From: Flaccisagitta enflata
Taxonomy: Eukaryota
Reading direction: 5' to 3'
Assembly (NCBI GenBank): GCA_965153355.1
Contig: OZ231126.1
Coordinates: forward strand, 24,986,001 to 25,050,000
DNA: 64,000 nucleotides
Shown here: in pieces, positions 12,969-25,702 of the stretch
How positions within the stretch are numbered: position 1 is the first letter of the stretch
Layout of the letters: every line of letters begins with the position of its first letter
Notes under the pieces: model-generated
Databases searched by the model: none
What the model was told of the DNA's origin: nothing
What the model saw: only the letters and a program-made list of their open reading frames with translations
Made by a program: the position numbers and the translations under genes

Positions 12969-14403
12969 GGTACAGGAAGAAAAATCTTCCTCTTATCAGT
13001 ATTTGTAGCAACCACAATTTCGCGCCGCCGAAACATAACAACAACCTAGAAGATTTTTTGCCGAATTAATTTTAACTCATGCGAGGCTGTCTGCGCCAGG
13101 CTGCTTAGCCGATTTGGACGCGGCCAACGGCGTTCGATCACAAATTTTACATAGTTTATGCTATAAAGACATATGAACTAAAACGGCATATTAAGTACCG
13201 ATTCTGTTTGTTTTTCATAAACTAAATTCCTAGAGCTCAGAAAAGGTGTGAGAAAAATTTCAAGTATCGCTGTTTCACGGTGTAAATTGAACTCCCTGAG
13301 ACCCAAACTAATTCAGAAACATTGAAATGATATGTTGTCATCATATATACGTATCAAACAAGTTATTTTACGTTCAATTTATAAAAGATACATTGAAATT
13401 GAGCGATTTTTGACAATGAGAAAATCATGCTGAGCTGGTATCGCTCCCTCTCACTACCCTTGTACGAATGTAAGCCAAATGTGAAGAATGTTCTTGTTCT
13501 CTATATGATAGGTGGAACAATATCCTTGACTATACTGTAACTGAAATAAATGGAAGAGGGCCTTGTGAACCCTCACTGACTAGTTAATACGCACACCACT
13601 CATACACATACGCACACATATATGTTACTGACGCGTTTTATGCAGCGGCGACGCGGCGGCAGCGCAGCGGCGACGCAGCGGAATACGCGTCCTGACAGTT
13701 ATACGTCTGTGTGTACGTTTTCCCAGAATTAACGATGCTGTTTTTAGTCGCGGACACGCGACTCTATAAGCCACTTTTCGGTCTGTTGGTCCATCCGTCG
13801 GTCGGCTGGTCGGTCGGTCACAAAGTTGTTTTCAAAGTTTTTTCGCTCCGGCGCACCCGTCCGCGACTAATTCTGCCTTGTTAGTTGCGTGAACGCTACT
13901 CTACACCCTGGTATATCCATCAAGCTGTCTTACCGTCTGTCTGTCACACCTCTACTTTAATCGAATTTATTTCTTTTAGTCATTCCAAGTCATAGTCATT
14001 TTAGTTTATTTTGTCGTTCTAGTAAATTTTGTAATTTATTTTTTTATGTCAATTTACGTCAGTTAAGGTCATTCCCAGTCAATCTAAGTGCTTTTTACTC
14101 TTTTAGGGTCATTCTATGTCATTCTAAGACATTTTTCTTCATTTTTAGATGCGTCCTCGGTAATGCATTGATCAGTTCTTGCCCATTCTGAACAATATAA
14201 CAACCCCGCATCACTTGTTTATCACAGTATCCCACCAATCTCAATAACGAAGACGTCCATGATCACGAATCAGATTCCGATTAGTAACTATACCATAAAA
14301 CCATACGGCATAAAGAGTGACATGCCGCGTCTTGATCTTGCACAATTCAGACCATCATGTTGTTTTTACCATATCCTTACGTCCACACAGCATCATAGTA
14401 TCA

Positions 14404-14486
<83 letters not shown>

Positions 14487-15377
14487 CACACATGCTTGCG
14501 TGTTGGCCCAAAAGCACAACAAATTAGCCTCCTGGTTCAAAAGTCTAATGACTGACAATAGCGACAAAATTTTTTACACGCGTCACAAATTTTGATTGGA
14601 TAGGTTGATTCATTAAATTTGGCATTTACCAAGATAGATCCCGAAAGCATCAGACGAGTTCAGAAATCAGAATCCACGATTTAAAAAATCATGAAAAAAT
14701 CAAACGAACAAACCGCTTCCCGTAATCAAATAAAAACGATGTCAACATAAACAGGAGGTGATTGCGAACTCATAGAGGTACTATCATGATTTGTGGCCAC
14801 TTTCATTGGTAAAAAAATAAGTGTGCACTCAACCCACCTATCATGTATGACAGGACTGAAGTGTATAGAAGCGATATTTCGCTTCAATTCTGCATCTCGC
14901 TCTGTCTGTCATCAGGTCATGGATGCAAAGGTATTGCGATATGATTGAGTTGAAGGTCCAAAGAGAGACAGAGCAAAGAAAAGCCAACGTTGTGACCGAT
15001 ATGAATGATGCAAAAATTTGATGTAATTTTTTTCCAAGAACTGATACACAGAATTACAAAAAAACTCTTTCTAAGAATTCGATCGCATGTTTGCTCTATC
15101 AATGTCATTTCTTAGTTTCGATGGGATTACCTACATTATCTATTATTCTATTGTCAATGTCATTTCTTAGTTTCAATGCGATTACCTACATTATCTATTG
15201 TTCATTATTTCACCGTTAGAAAAAGATTCTCTCACGTCGAATTTATTCACAAGAATGATCACAAAAAAGTCTTACGGAGTTAGTCTTTGTGGAGATTTCA
15301 AGGAATCGATTGATCAAAACTCAAAAGAATTGGCTGCATATAGGAGTAACTCTTAAAAATATCATTTCTAAGAAATA

Positions 15378-15985
15378 ATGAATGAATGCATGAATGAATG
15401 AATGAATGAATGAATGAATGAATGAATGAATGAATGATTGAATGAATGAATGAATGAATGAATGAATGAAAGAAAGGACGAATGAATGAATGAATGAATG
15501 AATGAATGAATGAATGAATGGATGAATGAATGAATGAATGAAAAATTGAATGAATGAATGAATGAATGAATGAATGAATGAATGAATGAATGAATGAATG
15601 AATGAATGAATGAATGAATGAATGAATGAATGAATGAATAAATGAATGAATGAATGAATGAATGAATGAATGAATGAATGAATGAATGAATGAATGCATG
15701 AATGCATGAATGAATGAATGAACTTATGAATGAATGAATTCATGAATGAATTCATGAATAAATGAATGAATGGATGAATGAATGAATGAATGAATGAATG
15801 AATGAATGAATGAATGAATGAATGATTGAATGAATGAATGTATAAATGCATGAATGAATGAATGAATGAATGAATGAATGAATGAATGAATGAATGAGTG
15901 AATGAATGAATGAATGAATGAATAAATGAATGAATGAATGAATGAATGAATGAATTAATGAATGAATGAATAAATGAATGAATGA
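15378..15985. repeat. (TGAA)n microsatellite
   Basis: Direct reading. Confidence 0.97.
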
Positions 15986-16420
15986 GTATAAATGTGAGGG
16001 TGGATTATCATGAATGTCAAACGCTCATATATGGTGTTTTGGGTTGGCGAGGTGGTTGGTTGGTACCCGGTCTGCATCGGAGGTGTATAGGGGCCACGGT
16101 TCATCAGTCCTTCCGTTATCCATTCGGCACAAGTCACTCAATTCGTTCAAAAACAATAGCTAATCACCCATCTCCATTTTCAGATGCGTCATCGCATATC
16201 TGAAGCAGCATTTATCTTGATTTGATTTGATTTGATTTCTTCTATCATTTCTGTCCTTGCTTCAGTGGAATGAGTTTCAGATGCTTCTTTTCTAATTCTT
16301 TTTTTAGTATATGCAATTTCTTTTTATGGTATAATGTGACAAACTGTGAGGGGGAATGGTTAAAAATTATGTTCTTATAAGAAAACAAAAACTAAAGTTA
16401 TTACATAACTAATAGGCTGG

Positions 16421-16740
16421 CTTAAAGTGGGATTTTATCCATATCTCATGACGCTCGCGGGGAAAATAAGACCATTTCTATAGTGAATGAGAAATCTGAA
16501 ATTTGGGGATGATCGAATAAAGTTTACTCACGGCCGCCACCCCCTTATATTCCGTAGGAAATATACAGGAAGCATTTTCGCCTTTAATGCTTCCTAGACT
16601 TTGATATGGGAAAGGTGTGGGGTGGCGGCCATGAGTAAATTCTATCCGATCACCTCCCAATTTTGGATACCTCATTTATGAGGGAAATGATCACATTGTC
16701 TCCAAGGGCATCATGAGATTTGACAAAGAGCCCTCTTGAG
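16421..16740. mobile_element. Degenerate palindromic MITE
   Basis: TTTACTCACGGCCGCCACCCC / GGGGTGGCGGCCATGAGTAAA, central AGGAAGCATT/AATGCTTCCT, outer TCTCATGA/TCATGAGA. Confidence 0.7.
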
Positions 16741-16800
16741 GCCACCCTAATAAGTATAGTTATTACCAAAACCCTAGTTATTACATCATAGTATCCAATT

Positions 16801-17031
16801 TTTTAGTCGCGTGCTACGCGACACTACACCCCGCTTTGTCCGTTGGTCGGTCGGTCGGTCGGTCGGTCGGTCGGTCGGTCGGTTGGTTGGTTGGTCGGTC
16901 GGTCCCCATTTTACTTTTTTTATGTTTTTTCCGTCTTTGGCCTCACTGCACTTGCCCAAGTGCTTTAGTAACTCAAATACGGCCCCTGCCCACCCGCACG
17001 CGACTAAGGTAGCCGTGTATCCGGCCTTGTT
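16801..17031 (+). mobile_element. Family A short HINE-like element
   Basis: TTTTTAGTCGCGTGCTACGCGAC ... (GGTC)n ... GCCGTGTATCCGGCCTTGTT. Confidence 0.85.
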
Positions 17032-17143
17032 TATGAAAACTCTCAAATGCAATAGGAAAATGTCCGCCACTGAATTGAAAAGAACATTGGAAGAATTATG
17101 ATGACAGCGACACACTTAATCACTCAATACACTCACATTTATA

Positions 17144-17234
<91 letters not shown>

Positions 17235-18515
17235 ATGCAAGAGTTTTTACGCAATAGTAAAAATGTAAAACCCAAAATCTAGCCAGTTCCGCTGCCTATT
17301 CAGAGGCCAGATAGTAAATTAGCATTTCTGGTAATCATCGGGCACTAACGGATTATCTGACAAAGCCTGCATACATAATATATTCTACAGTATGATTTTT
17401 TTCAAATGACACAAAAGATGACGACATAAATCCTAAACGAATCAAAATAATCAAATTCTGAAAAAAACGCCTGAAAGAGTAGGTTATTGCATTTATTCAT
17501 GCCAAATTTCAGCATTCCGACTCAAGTAGTTTAGCCTCAATCGCTTTTTGAAGTCAAACTATGAATCATCCGATCTTTCAAATGAGACCTTGCTGGATAT
17601 CCTAGCTCTATCCGTTTAGAAATGGCATTAGATTGAAGACTAGGTAGTCAAAAATGCGGAATTTCACAACGTGATTTTCATGGGTTATCTTTATTCTAAC
17701 TTAAAAATCAAATGCATTAAGTCAGAAATTTGTTCTTGGTCCCATTTTAAAGAAAATTTGAAGCTCTTTAATTTGATCATGGATAACAAGTAGCTAAGAC
17801 AATCCTGAGCTGCATCATTGAAAAAAACGAAAAGACAAAAATTACTCATTGGAAAAAAATTGAAATGTTCATTTTTTTCAATCAGTGATTTTTGGGCAGC
17901 GGCCCCGAAGGGGCCGATGACCTATGCTTTCACACAGGGGAATTTTCTCCTTCTCCTTCTCCTTCTCCAGTGTACCCCCCCCCCCTCCCCAACCTCAAGC
18001 CTCAGAGGCCAAACTCTAGCCCAGAAGTCCATTTTACAGTCACCCGCCCCCAAATCCTAGCCTCAAAGCCCAAATTCCTACCCCAAATCTCAAATTCAAG
18101 GCTCAAGGCCCAAATCTCAGTCGAAAGCTTCAAATCACAACTTTTAGATCCAAATTTAAGCACCAAGGCGCCAAGCATAGGTCATTGGGTCCTTCGGGGC
18201 CTGCTGGCCTTCTCCTTCTCAAGCTTACCCCACCTCCCAGTCTCAAGCCTAAGAGCCAAAATTCTAGCCCGGAGGTCCATTTTCCAGTCACCCTCCCTCA
18301 TAGGGCCTCTGGACCCAAATCCTAGCCTCAAAGCCCAAATTCCTACCCACTAGGGCATCCAACGACCGCTTGCTTTAAACTAGGAGTACTTGAACTTTTA
18401 TTGTGGTTTCTGTTGGTCAAGCCCATGTGGGATCCATGGCAATTGATTGCAAAATTTTTCCAGGACAAATTTTTTTTAGATTTCAATTTTTTTGTGGGTG
18501 GGTGGTACAGGCCAT

Positions 18516-19240
18516 TTTCAGCCTTTACCATCAGAACAAGTTAACTTTTAAAGCATTTATCTCCTAAACGAATGAACAAATTGACCTCAACTTGGGCTCA
18601 TTTTTAAGAGGAGACACAGCTCTTTAAAATGAGTCCAAATTGAGCTTAATTGCTCAATTTGTTTAGGAGCAACAGTCCTCCAAAGTCGATGTTATTTTCA
18701 GCCTTTTCCATCAGAACAAGTTAACTTCTAAAGTATTTATCTCCTAAACAAATCAACAAATTGACCTCAACTTGGGCTCATTCTAAAGAGCAGACACAGC
18801 TCTTTAAAATGAGCCCAAATTGAGCTTAATTTCTCAATTTGTTTAGGAGCAACAGTCCTCCAAAGTCGATGCTATTTTCAGCCTTTTCCCTCAGAACAAG
18901 TTAACTTTTAAAGCATCTATCTCCTAAACGAATCAATGAATTGACCTCAACTTAGGCTCATTTTAAAGAGGAGACACAGCTCTTTAAAATGAGCCCAAAT
19001 TGAGCTTAATTGCTCAATTTGTTAGGGAGCAACAGTCCTCCAAAGTCGATGTTTTTTCAGCCTTTTCCATCAGAACAAGTTAACTTCTAAAGCTTGTATT
19101 TCCTTGCCTAATTGACGAATTGACCTCAATTTGGGCTCATTTTACAGAGCAGTCACAGCTCTTTAAAATGAGCCCAAATTGAACTTAATTGCTCCATTCG
19201 TTAAAGAGGAACAGCCCTCCAAAGTTGATGTTACTTTTAG
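18516..19240. repeat. About 4 x 180-bp tandem repeats forming the left Chapaev TIR
   Basis: ttttcagccttt.ccatcagaacaagttaac recurs at about 18516, 18696, 18876 and 19055. Confidence 0.9.
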
Positions 19241-19415
19241 CTGGGTTAGCCGTATATCCGACATTCTTTTTCATAAATTCTGTTTCACACATGATTTTCG
19301 TGATATTTGTTTGAATTGAGGACATATTTGTATCTTTTTTGTTTACTTTCTACTTTTTTTCTTTTCTGCAATAACAAAAAAAAACATACAATAAAACAAA
19401 CAATCACACACACAA

Positions 19416-19446
<31 letters not shown>

Positions 19447-19484
19447 AACACACACACAAACACAAACGCACACGCTTACACACA

Positions 19485-19551
<67 letters not shown>

Positions 19552-20232
19552 TCTAGCTCATAAATATACAGACACCTACTCATGTTCATAGCATCTAAAC
19601 TTCAATATCTAATTCAAAAATGAAAGCAGATCAACAAACTATAATAAAATTCTTCCATTCAAGACCAAGCAGAGATCAGTAGCTCAATCTATTTTCATAT
19701 GACAGCTTTTAGAAGAAAAACTGTCATTTACCAAATGCGAATTCAGAGGTTTTCAATTCATATCTATAAAGGATAACATAAATAGAAAGAGCTCTTGAAA
19801 CCATGAGGATTGGCCAAAATTATTCTGCTTGATGTCAATAGATCACATTTTTACAAATTTCTTTTTAACATTGGAAAAATTTAAGGCTGCAGTTGCTCTG
19901 AAATTATCTTATACCAAAAGAAAACAAAAAAAAATTGATGTTTTCTTTTTTGTTTTTAAAAAATCAAGGATACACTGATTTAAATTAAAAGATCATGGAC
20001 CAATCAAACAGAAACTCAAAACAGAAGCTTTGATAGATCAAAACATCATATACTGACTAAAAATTAGTTCATTTGAACATGTTTTTCATTCAGTGAGTCA
20101 ACATGCTTATTTTTTTTCCAGCTGTCTGTATATTTATGAGCTAGATGGTACACAAAAAAAAACACAGGATGCAAATCTATCGTTGCCCTTGGCTTTCGCT
20201 CGTAACCAGGATACCATGTTTTATTATCATAC

Positions 20233-20491
20233 CGGTAGCGAGTTTCATTGCCTCCCCTCTTGGAATGTTTTGCTCTGCCTCTGCTGCCTTGATAAGGTTG
20301 GAGCTAACTCATTGATATGATTTTGATCCAGACTGCCCGAAATTAGCTCCAATATTGAGTGCCGCCTGTGTCAAATTCTTAACCCCCTCCGCTGCCGTAC
20401 AATGGTGGGGTTTTCCACGTCCGATCTCACCATGACATTTCGTACACACCTTCATCGACCCTGGAATTTCCGGCGCTACCGCTGCAACGGG
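20233..20491 (-). pseudogene. Chapaev transposase exon 2, in-frame TGA at 20309-20311
   Basis: Acceptor ttttcacctcacag. PVAAVAPEIPGSMKVCTKCHGEIGRGKPHHCT...KLAT contains the CxxC-x3-IGRG-x2-HxC motif. G|GTATGA donor. Confidence 0.8.
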
Positions 20492-20610
20492 CTGTGAGGT
20501 GAAAACTTAAGTGATCATGAAAACCTCTTTATTTTGTTGGCGTCTCTTAGAGGGTATCAATGCATCATGGTTCCAATCCGCATGCTCCTGCCCAGTGAAA
20601 GACAGCTTAA

Positions 20611-22783
20611 GGGCTACAATGTCAGGCCCCCGGAAGGGTCATTGAAATATTTAGAGCTTGTTACGTCCTCCTAGGGGCCTTGTGGCGTCCACCTACAACG
20701 AGTTTGGGCAGTTACTGATTGAAATTATGATAGATGTACCTCAAGTTGTTGTTGTTGTTGTTGTTGTCGTTGGAATTATTGTTGTCGCTGATGTTGTCGT
20801 AGTCATCATCTTGTCGTCAATTTTAATTGTCAGCATCGTCGTCATGCATAATGTGATCGTTTTTGTCATTTTTCCTTCATTTTTAGTTTTAGATTAACAA
20901 GGCCGGATACACGGGCCAAGACGGTGCGCCGAGCGTTATTTATTCATAGCTATCCCTAGCTCCATCAGACCAATCCTAGCTCTATCAGACCGTTCCTAGC
21001 TCCATCAGACCTATCCCGCCGGGCATTATTAATCCATAGCTATCCCTAGCTCCATCAGACCTATCCCCAGCTCTATCAGACCATTCCTAGCTCTATAAGA
21101 CCTATCACCAGCTGTATCAGACCTATCCCCAGCTCTATCAGACCTATCCTAAGACCTATCCGACCTATCACCAGACTTATCCGACCTATCCACAGCTCTA
21201 TAAAACCTAACCGTAGCTGATTATATTAGTATCATTTATGATATATGTGATGTATATGATATATATGATATATATGATATATATGATGTATATGATGTAT
21301 ATGATGTATATGATGTATATGATGTATATGATATATATGATATGATATATGATATGATATATGATATGATATATGATATGATATATGATATGATATATGA
21401 TACGATGTATGATATGATGTATGATATGATGTATGATATGATGTATGATATGATGTATGATATGATGTATGATATGATGTATGATATGATGTATGATATG
21501 ATATGATATATGATATATGATATGATATATGATATGATATATGATATGATATATGATATGATATATGATATGATATATGATATGATTTATGATATGATAT
21601 ATGATATGATATATGATATATGATATGATATGATATATGATATATGGTATATGATATATGATATGATATATATGATATGATTTATAATATGATATATATA
21701 TGATATATGATATGATATGATATATAAGATATGATATAGATATGATATATAAGATATGATATATGATATGATATGATATATGATATGATATGATATATGA
21801 TATGATATATGATATGATATATGATATGATATATAATATGATATATGATATGATATATGATATATGATATATGATATATGATATATGATATATGATATAT
21901 GATATATGAATTATAATATATGATATATGATATATATATATGATATGATATATGATATGATCTATGATGTATATATATATATATATGATATATGATATAT
22001 ATGATATATATGATATATATGATATGATATATATGATATCATTTACGATATATAAGTATCATTTATGATGAACGAAATGAATTTTCTATTGATTTCAAAC
22101 ATTTTTAGTGATTTTTCATTTGAGCGTGACCGACGGATGGACGGATGGACGGACAGAGCTTCTTATAGAGATGCTATGGCGCATCTAAAATCATCCTAGC
22201 ATATTTCTGAATCATTTCCAGTGATTTTTGCCTCTTTTCGAGATTTTCAACTCGAGCGTTACGTGACCGACCAACCAACCGACCGACCGACCAACAGACA
22301 GAGCCTCTCATAGAGGTGCTATGGCGCACCTAAAAATGGAGGAAAAAAAAAGATCAAGTGTGAAAAAAAGTAAAGTAGCATCAATTGGGTATTGGATGAT
22401 CTTAGCAGAATTCGGAGAGCGATTTCTCATCATGTCAATGAAAATCATAATGGCCTTGTGCTTGGTCACCGTCTCATCACTATGTCATAAAATGAAATAA
22501 TAAACAATTTTTCCGTGTGTTTCAAGGTCGGCGCTATTGGCACATGATGATAGGGACTGAAACCTCTCCCAAAACACAAACAAAATTATTTTGGATGAAT
22601 TTGTTGAGTCAAAATGATTTAGATTATCATAAAATCTGATTTACAAGAACAAGGGTAGTTCTATCTTAAGATTAGTGGTGGGTGGGAAAATCTCCTTATA
22701 GATTAAAGTGTGTAGGTCCATAAAAGGACATAACAAGCTCTAAATATTTTAATGACCCTTCCGGGGGCCTGCAATTGTAGCCC
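20611..22783. mobile_element. Kolobok-like non-autonomous element in the Chapaev transposase intron
   Basis: TTAA|GGGCTACAAT..CAGGCCCCCGGAAGGGTCATT ... AATGACCCTTCCGGGGGCCTG..ATTGTAGCCC|TTAA. TTAA TSD with RR..YY termini. Confidence 0.78.
20896..22336 (-). mobile_element. Family A-related HINE-like element carrying 21-bp repeats and a (GATAT)n/(GATATAT)n array, with a duplicated hairpin end
   Basis: One end AACAAGGCCGGATACACGG. Other end GACG/GACC microsatellite + TAGAGATGC..GCATCTAAAA (22190), repeated as TAGAGGTGC..GCACCTAAAAA (22336). Confidence 0.75.
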
Positions 22784-23043
22784 TTAAGCAGAGTGCTAAT
22801 TTATTGTTTTTTGTTGTGGACACGCTACTCTATAAAAGGCTTTGTCCGTTGGTCTGTCAGTCCGTAACGTACGAGGCAAAAGTTGCAGAAGCGCACATTT
22901 GTTATGTGTGTTTGTAGCCAAGGGTTAGTTAGGGGGGAGTTGGAGTGAGACTGGTGGAAGGATGCCCCTACCCACCGGTCCACAACAATATTGTGACCCC
23001 TCGTCACTTGGTTCAGGTAAATTTGGCTTCAATGTTAGCTTGC

Positions 23044-23427
23044 CTCAGCCTCTTTGGTCTCATCAGTCTGCTTCCGTGGGAGATCAGCTTGCTGTGACGC
23101 CTCAAGCTTTTCTTCGGTGAAACGAGCTCTCTTGCATATCAAACATGAGCATGGGGTTGATCGCGATGGAGGGCGGAATCCAGCAAAATCGAGAGAGTTC
23201 CAGCGCTCGCGAACGGTTTTGGGGACAATCGCACCCTTCGAAGCAAAAAGCCACTTTCGGCATTGCCCGCAAACGCCATTGGGGAAGTAAGTATCGACGG
23301 TGCTGTACGCTTTGGTGACTTATGTCTGAATGATACTTTCGATGGCCGGGGTGATTTTGACACACTTTGTGTCCTTTTTGCCGCAGGCAGCGCAGACAAT
23401 TTGACAATTCTCGTCATGACTGCGCAT
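23044..23427 (-). pseudogene. Chapaev transposase exon 1 (N-terminal Cys/His zinc-finger region), in-frame stop at 23320-23322
   Basis: MRSHDENCQIVCAACGKK...T*VTKAYSTVDTYFPNGVCGQCRKWLF...RWNSLDF...PCSCLICKRAR, giving H-x7-CxxC / P-x3-CxxC / CxCxxC spacing. Confidence 0.8.
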
Positions 23428-23825
23428 TTGGTTAGTGTTGTTTAGTTCAATAAAAAGAATGAAGAAAAAAATGAAAGTGGCAAAATGTTTACCACAAATC
23501 ATGAACACAGGATGACACCAATGCTACTACTCACTTCCAGTCCAAGTTTCATCATTCATCAATCATCATTCATCATCCTCTATAGACAGTCCGTGACTAA
23601 AAATGCTGTGTCTATTTGTTCTTCCATGCTTCAAACCCATTCAGGTCGCTTAACAAATATACTTCTTAGAATTTTTCAAAGACACTGTGAATAATCGTTG
23701 ATATCTTGCATAAACCACAAGAAAACTTATTTGACAGATAAAGCGGTAGAATTCAAATCATTCCCATTTTCAAAAGCTGTTAATGCCTACAGTTGAAAAC
23801 TTTCTGCCATTTTTCTGCAATTGTC

Positions 23826-24722
23826 ATTAACTTTCGAGGACTGTTGCTCCTAAACGGATTGAGCAAATAAGCTCAATTTGGGTTCAATTCAAAGAACTGT
23901 GTCTGCTCTTTAAAATGAGCCCAAGTTGAGGTCAATTCGTCAATTCGTTTAGGAGTTATATGCCTAAGCAGTGACCATGTTCTGATTGAAAAGGCTGAAA
24001 ATAACATCAACTTTGGAGGACTGTTGCTCCTAAACGACTTGAGCAATTAAGCTCAATTTGGGCTCATTTTAAAGAACTGTGTCTCCTCTTTAAAATGAGC
24101 CCAAGTTGAGGTCAATTCGTCAATTTGTTTAGGAGATATATGCCTAAGCAGTGACCATGTTCTGATTGAAAAGGCTGAATATAATATCGACTTTGGAGGA
24201 CTGTTGCTCCTAAACGAATTGAGCAATTTAGCTCAATTTGGGCTCATTTTAAAGAGCTGTGTCTCCTCTTTAAAATGAGCCGAAGTTGAGGTCAATTTGT
24301 TGATTCGTTTAGGAGATAAATGCTTTAGAAGTTAACTTGTTCTGATGGAAAAGGCTGAAAACGATATCGACTTTGGAGGACTGTTGCTCCTAAACAAATT
24401 GAGCAATTAAGCTCAATTTGGGCTCATTTTAAAGAGCTGTGTCTCCTCTTTAAAATGAGCCCAAGTTGAGGTCAATTTGTTGATTTGTTTAGGAGATAAA
24501 TACTTTAGAAGTTAACTTGTTCTGATGGTAAAGGCTGAAAACAATATCGAATTTGGAGGACTGTTGCTCCTAAACAAATTGAGCAATTAAGCTCAATTTG
24601 GGCTCATTTTAAAGAGCTGTGTCTGCTCTTTAAAATGAGCCCAAGTTGAGGTCAATTCGTTGATTCGTTTAGGAGATAAATGCTTTAAAAGTTAACTTGT
24701 TCTGATGGTAAAGGCTGAAAGT
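23826..24722. repeat. About 5 x 180-bp tandem repeats forming the right Chapaev TIR (inverted relative to the left array)
   Basis: ggaggactgttgctcctaaac recurs every ~180 bp and is the reverse complement of the left array. Confidence 0.9.
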
Positions 24723-25636
24723 GGCCTGTACTACCCACCCACAAAAAAAATGAAATTTAAAAAAATTTCGTCCTGGAAAAATTTTGCAATCAATTGCCAT
24801 GGATCCCACATGGGCTTGACCAACAGAAACCACAATAAAAGTTCAAGTACTCCTAGTTTAAAGCAAGCGGTCGTTGGATGCCCTAGTGTACCCCAAATCT
24901 CAAATTCAAGGCTTTTTTGGGGCCTGCTGGCCTCCTTCCTTCTCAAGTTTACCCCCCTCCCAGCCTCAAGCCTCGGAGCCCAAATTCTTGCCCAGAGGCT
25001 CATTTTCCAGTCACCCTCCCTCATATAAATACAAAATCATTAAAAACAGCATAGGTCATCGGCCCCTTTGGGGCCGCTGCCCCTCTTACAACCACACACT
25101 AAAATACACTAACACAGGGGCATCGGGTACCGCTGACCATCTAACGCTTTTGCGACTATTTTACTTCAAACCTTTGCCATTTCTAAACGAATTAAGCTAC
25201 AATTACCAGCAACGTCGCCTTTGGAAGAATTTTTGCTGAGCTTTCAAACAATCATGGATTTTCTATGGTTCAGGTCCTTGGTTAAGCCAAAATTAGCAAA
25301 ACAAGGTGTTTGCCTTTTTTCTTTGCCATAAGAGTAAAAAGAAATTGATATCTTCACTTTAAATGTAAATTGAAGTTAAACTACTTGAGACGGAATGCTG
25401 AAATTTGGCATGAATAAATGCAATAACCTACGCTTTCAGGCGTTTTTTTCAGAATTTGATTATGTTGATTTCGTTTAGGATTTATGTCGTCATCTTTTGT
25501 GTCATTTGAAAAAAATCATACTGTATCTTCATACATTTGATCATTGAATGGTAATTTTTCGTGTCTTTGTTTGTATAATCACATAAAGGTTAACTTCCCT
25601 CCATAGAAAATCATTTGCGTTTTGTCAGTCTGTTAT

Positions 25637-25702
25637 TTCCAAGAATAAACTTTGTTCCGTAATCGAGACTATTTAAGCTCACCCCCTTTGAAGAGGTTTT
25701 CC
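25637..25702 (+). promoter_or_regulatory. Candidate proximal promoter of the lectin gene (STAT-like site, TATA-like box, kappaB-like site)
   Basis: TTCCAAGAA at 25637-25645, TATTTAA at 25670-25676 and GAGGTTTTCC at 25693-25702, all within 100 bp of the ATG. Motif matches only. Confidence 0.35.

Larger units (their letters stand above)
18348..24888 (-). mobile_element. Chapaev-type (CMC superfamily) DNA transposon, internally deleted, with long tandem-repeat TIRs
   Basis: Termini CACTAGGGCATCC...GGATGCCCTAGTG. 4-bp TSD TACC at 18344-18347 and 24889-24892; the uninterrupted host motif is visible near 18071-18090. TIRs of about 0.9-1.05 kb. Transposase remnants inside. Confidence 0.85.
17889..25160 (+). 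mobile_element. Family B HINE/DINE-like element split by the Chapaev insertion
   Basis: Head tttttGGGCAGCGGCCCCGAAGGGGCCGATGACCTATGCT, its inverted copy at about 25048-25082, and tail CGGGTACCGCTGACCA...CGCTTTTGCGACTATT. Confidence 0.8.
17388..25523. mobile_element. Tc1/mariner-type MITE (outermost layer of the nest)
   Basis: TA|CAGTATGATTTTTTTCAAATGAC ... GTCATTTGAAAAAAATCATACTG|TA, with ~145-bp TIRs and a TA TSD. Confidence 0.85.

Noticed and set aside
12308-13049. Long ORFs with SGLKSAL / RPERADF repeats
   Set aside because: They come from the 21-bp internal repeats of family B elements, and frames are not conserved between copies.
17894-17945. Family B head as a hammerhead or HDV ribozyme (CCGATGA resembles CUGAUGA)
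   Set aside because: The catalytic cores cannot be assembled by eye, and the motif is not conserved across copies.
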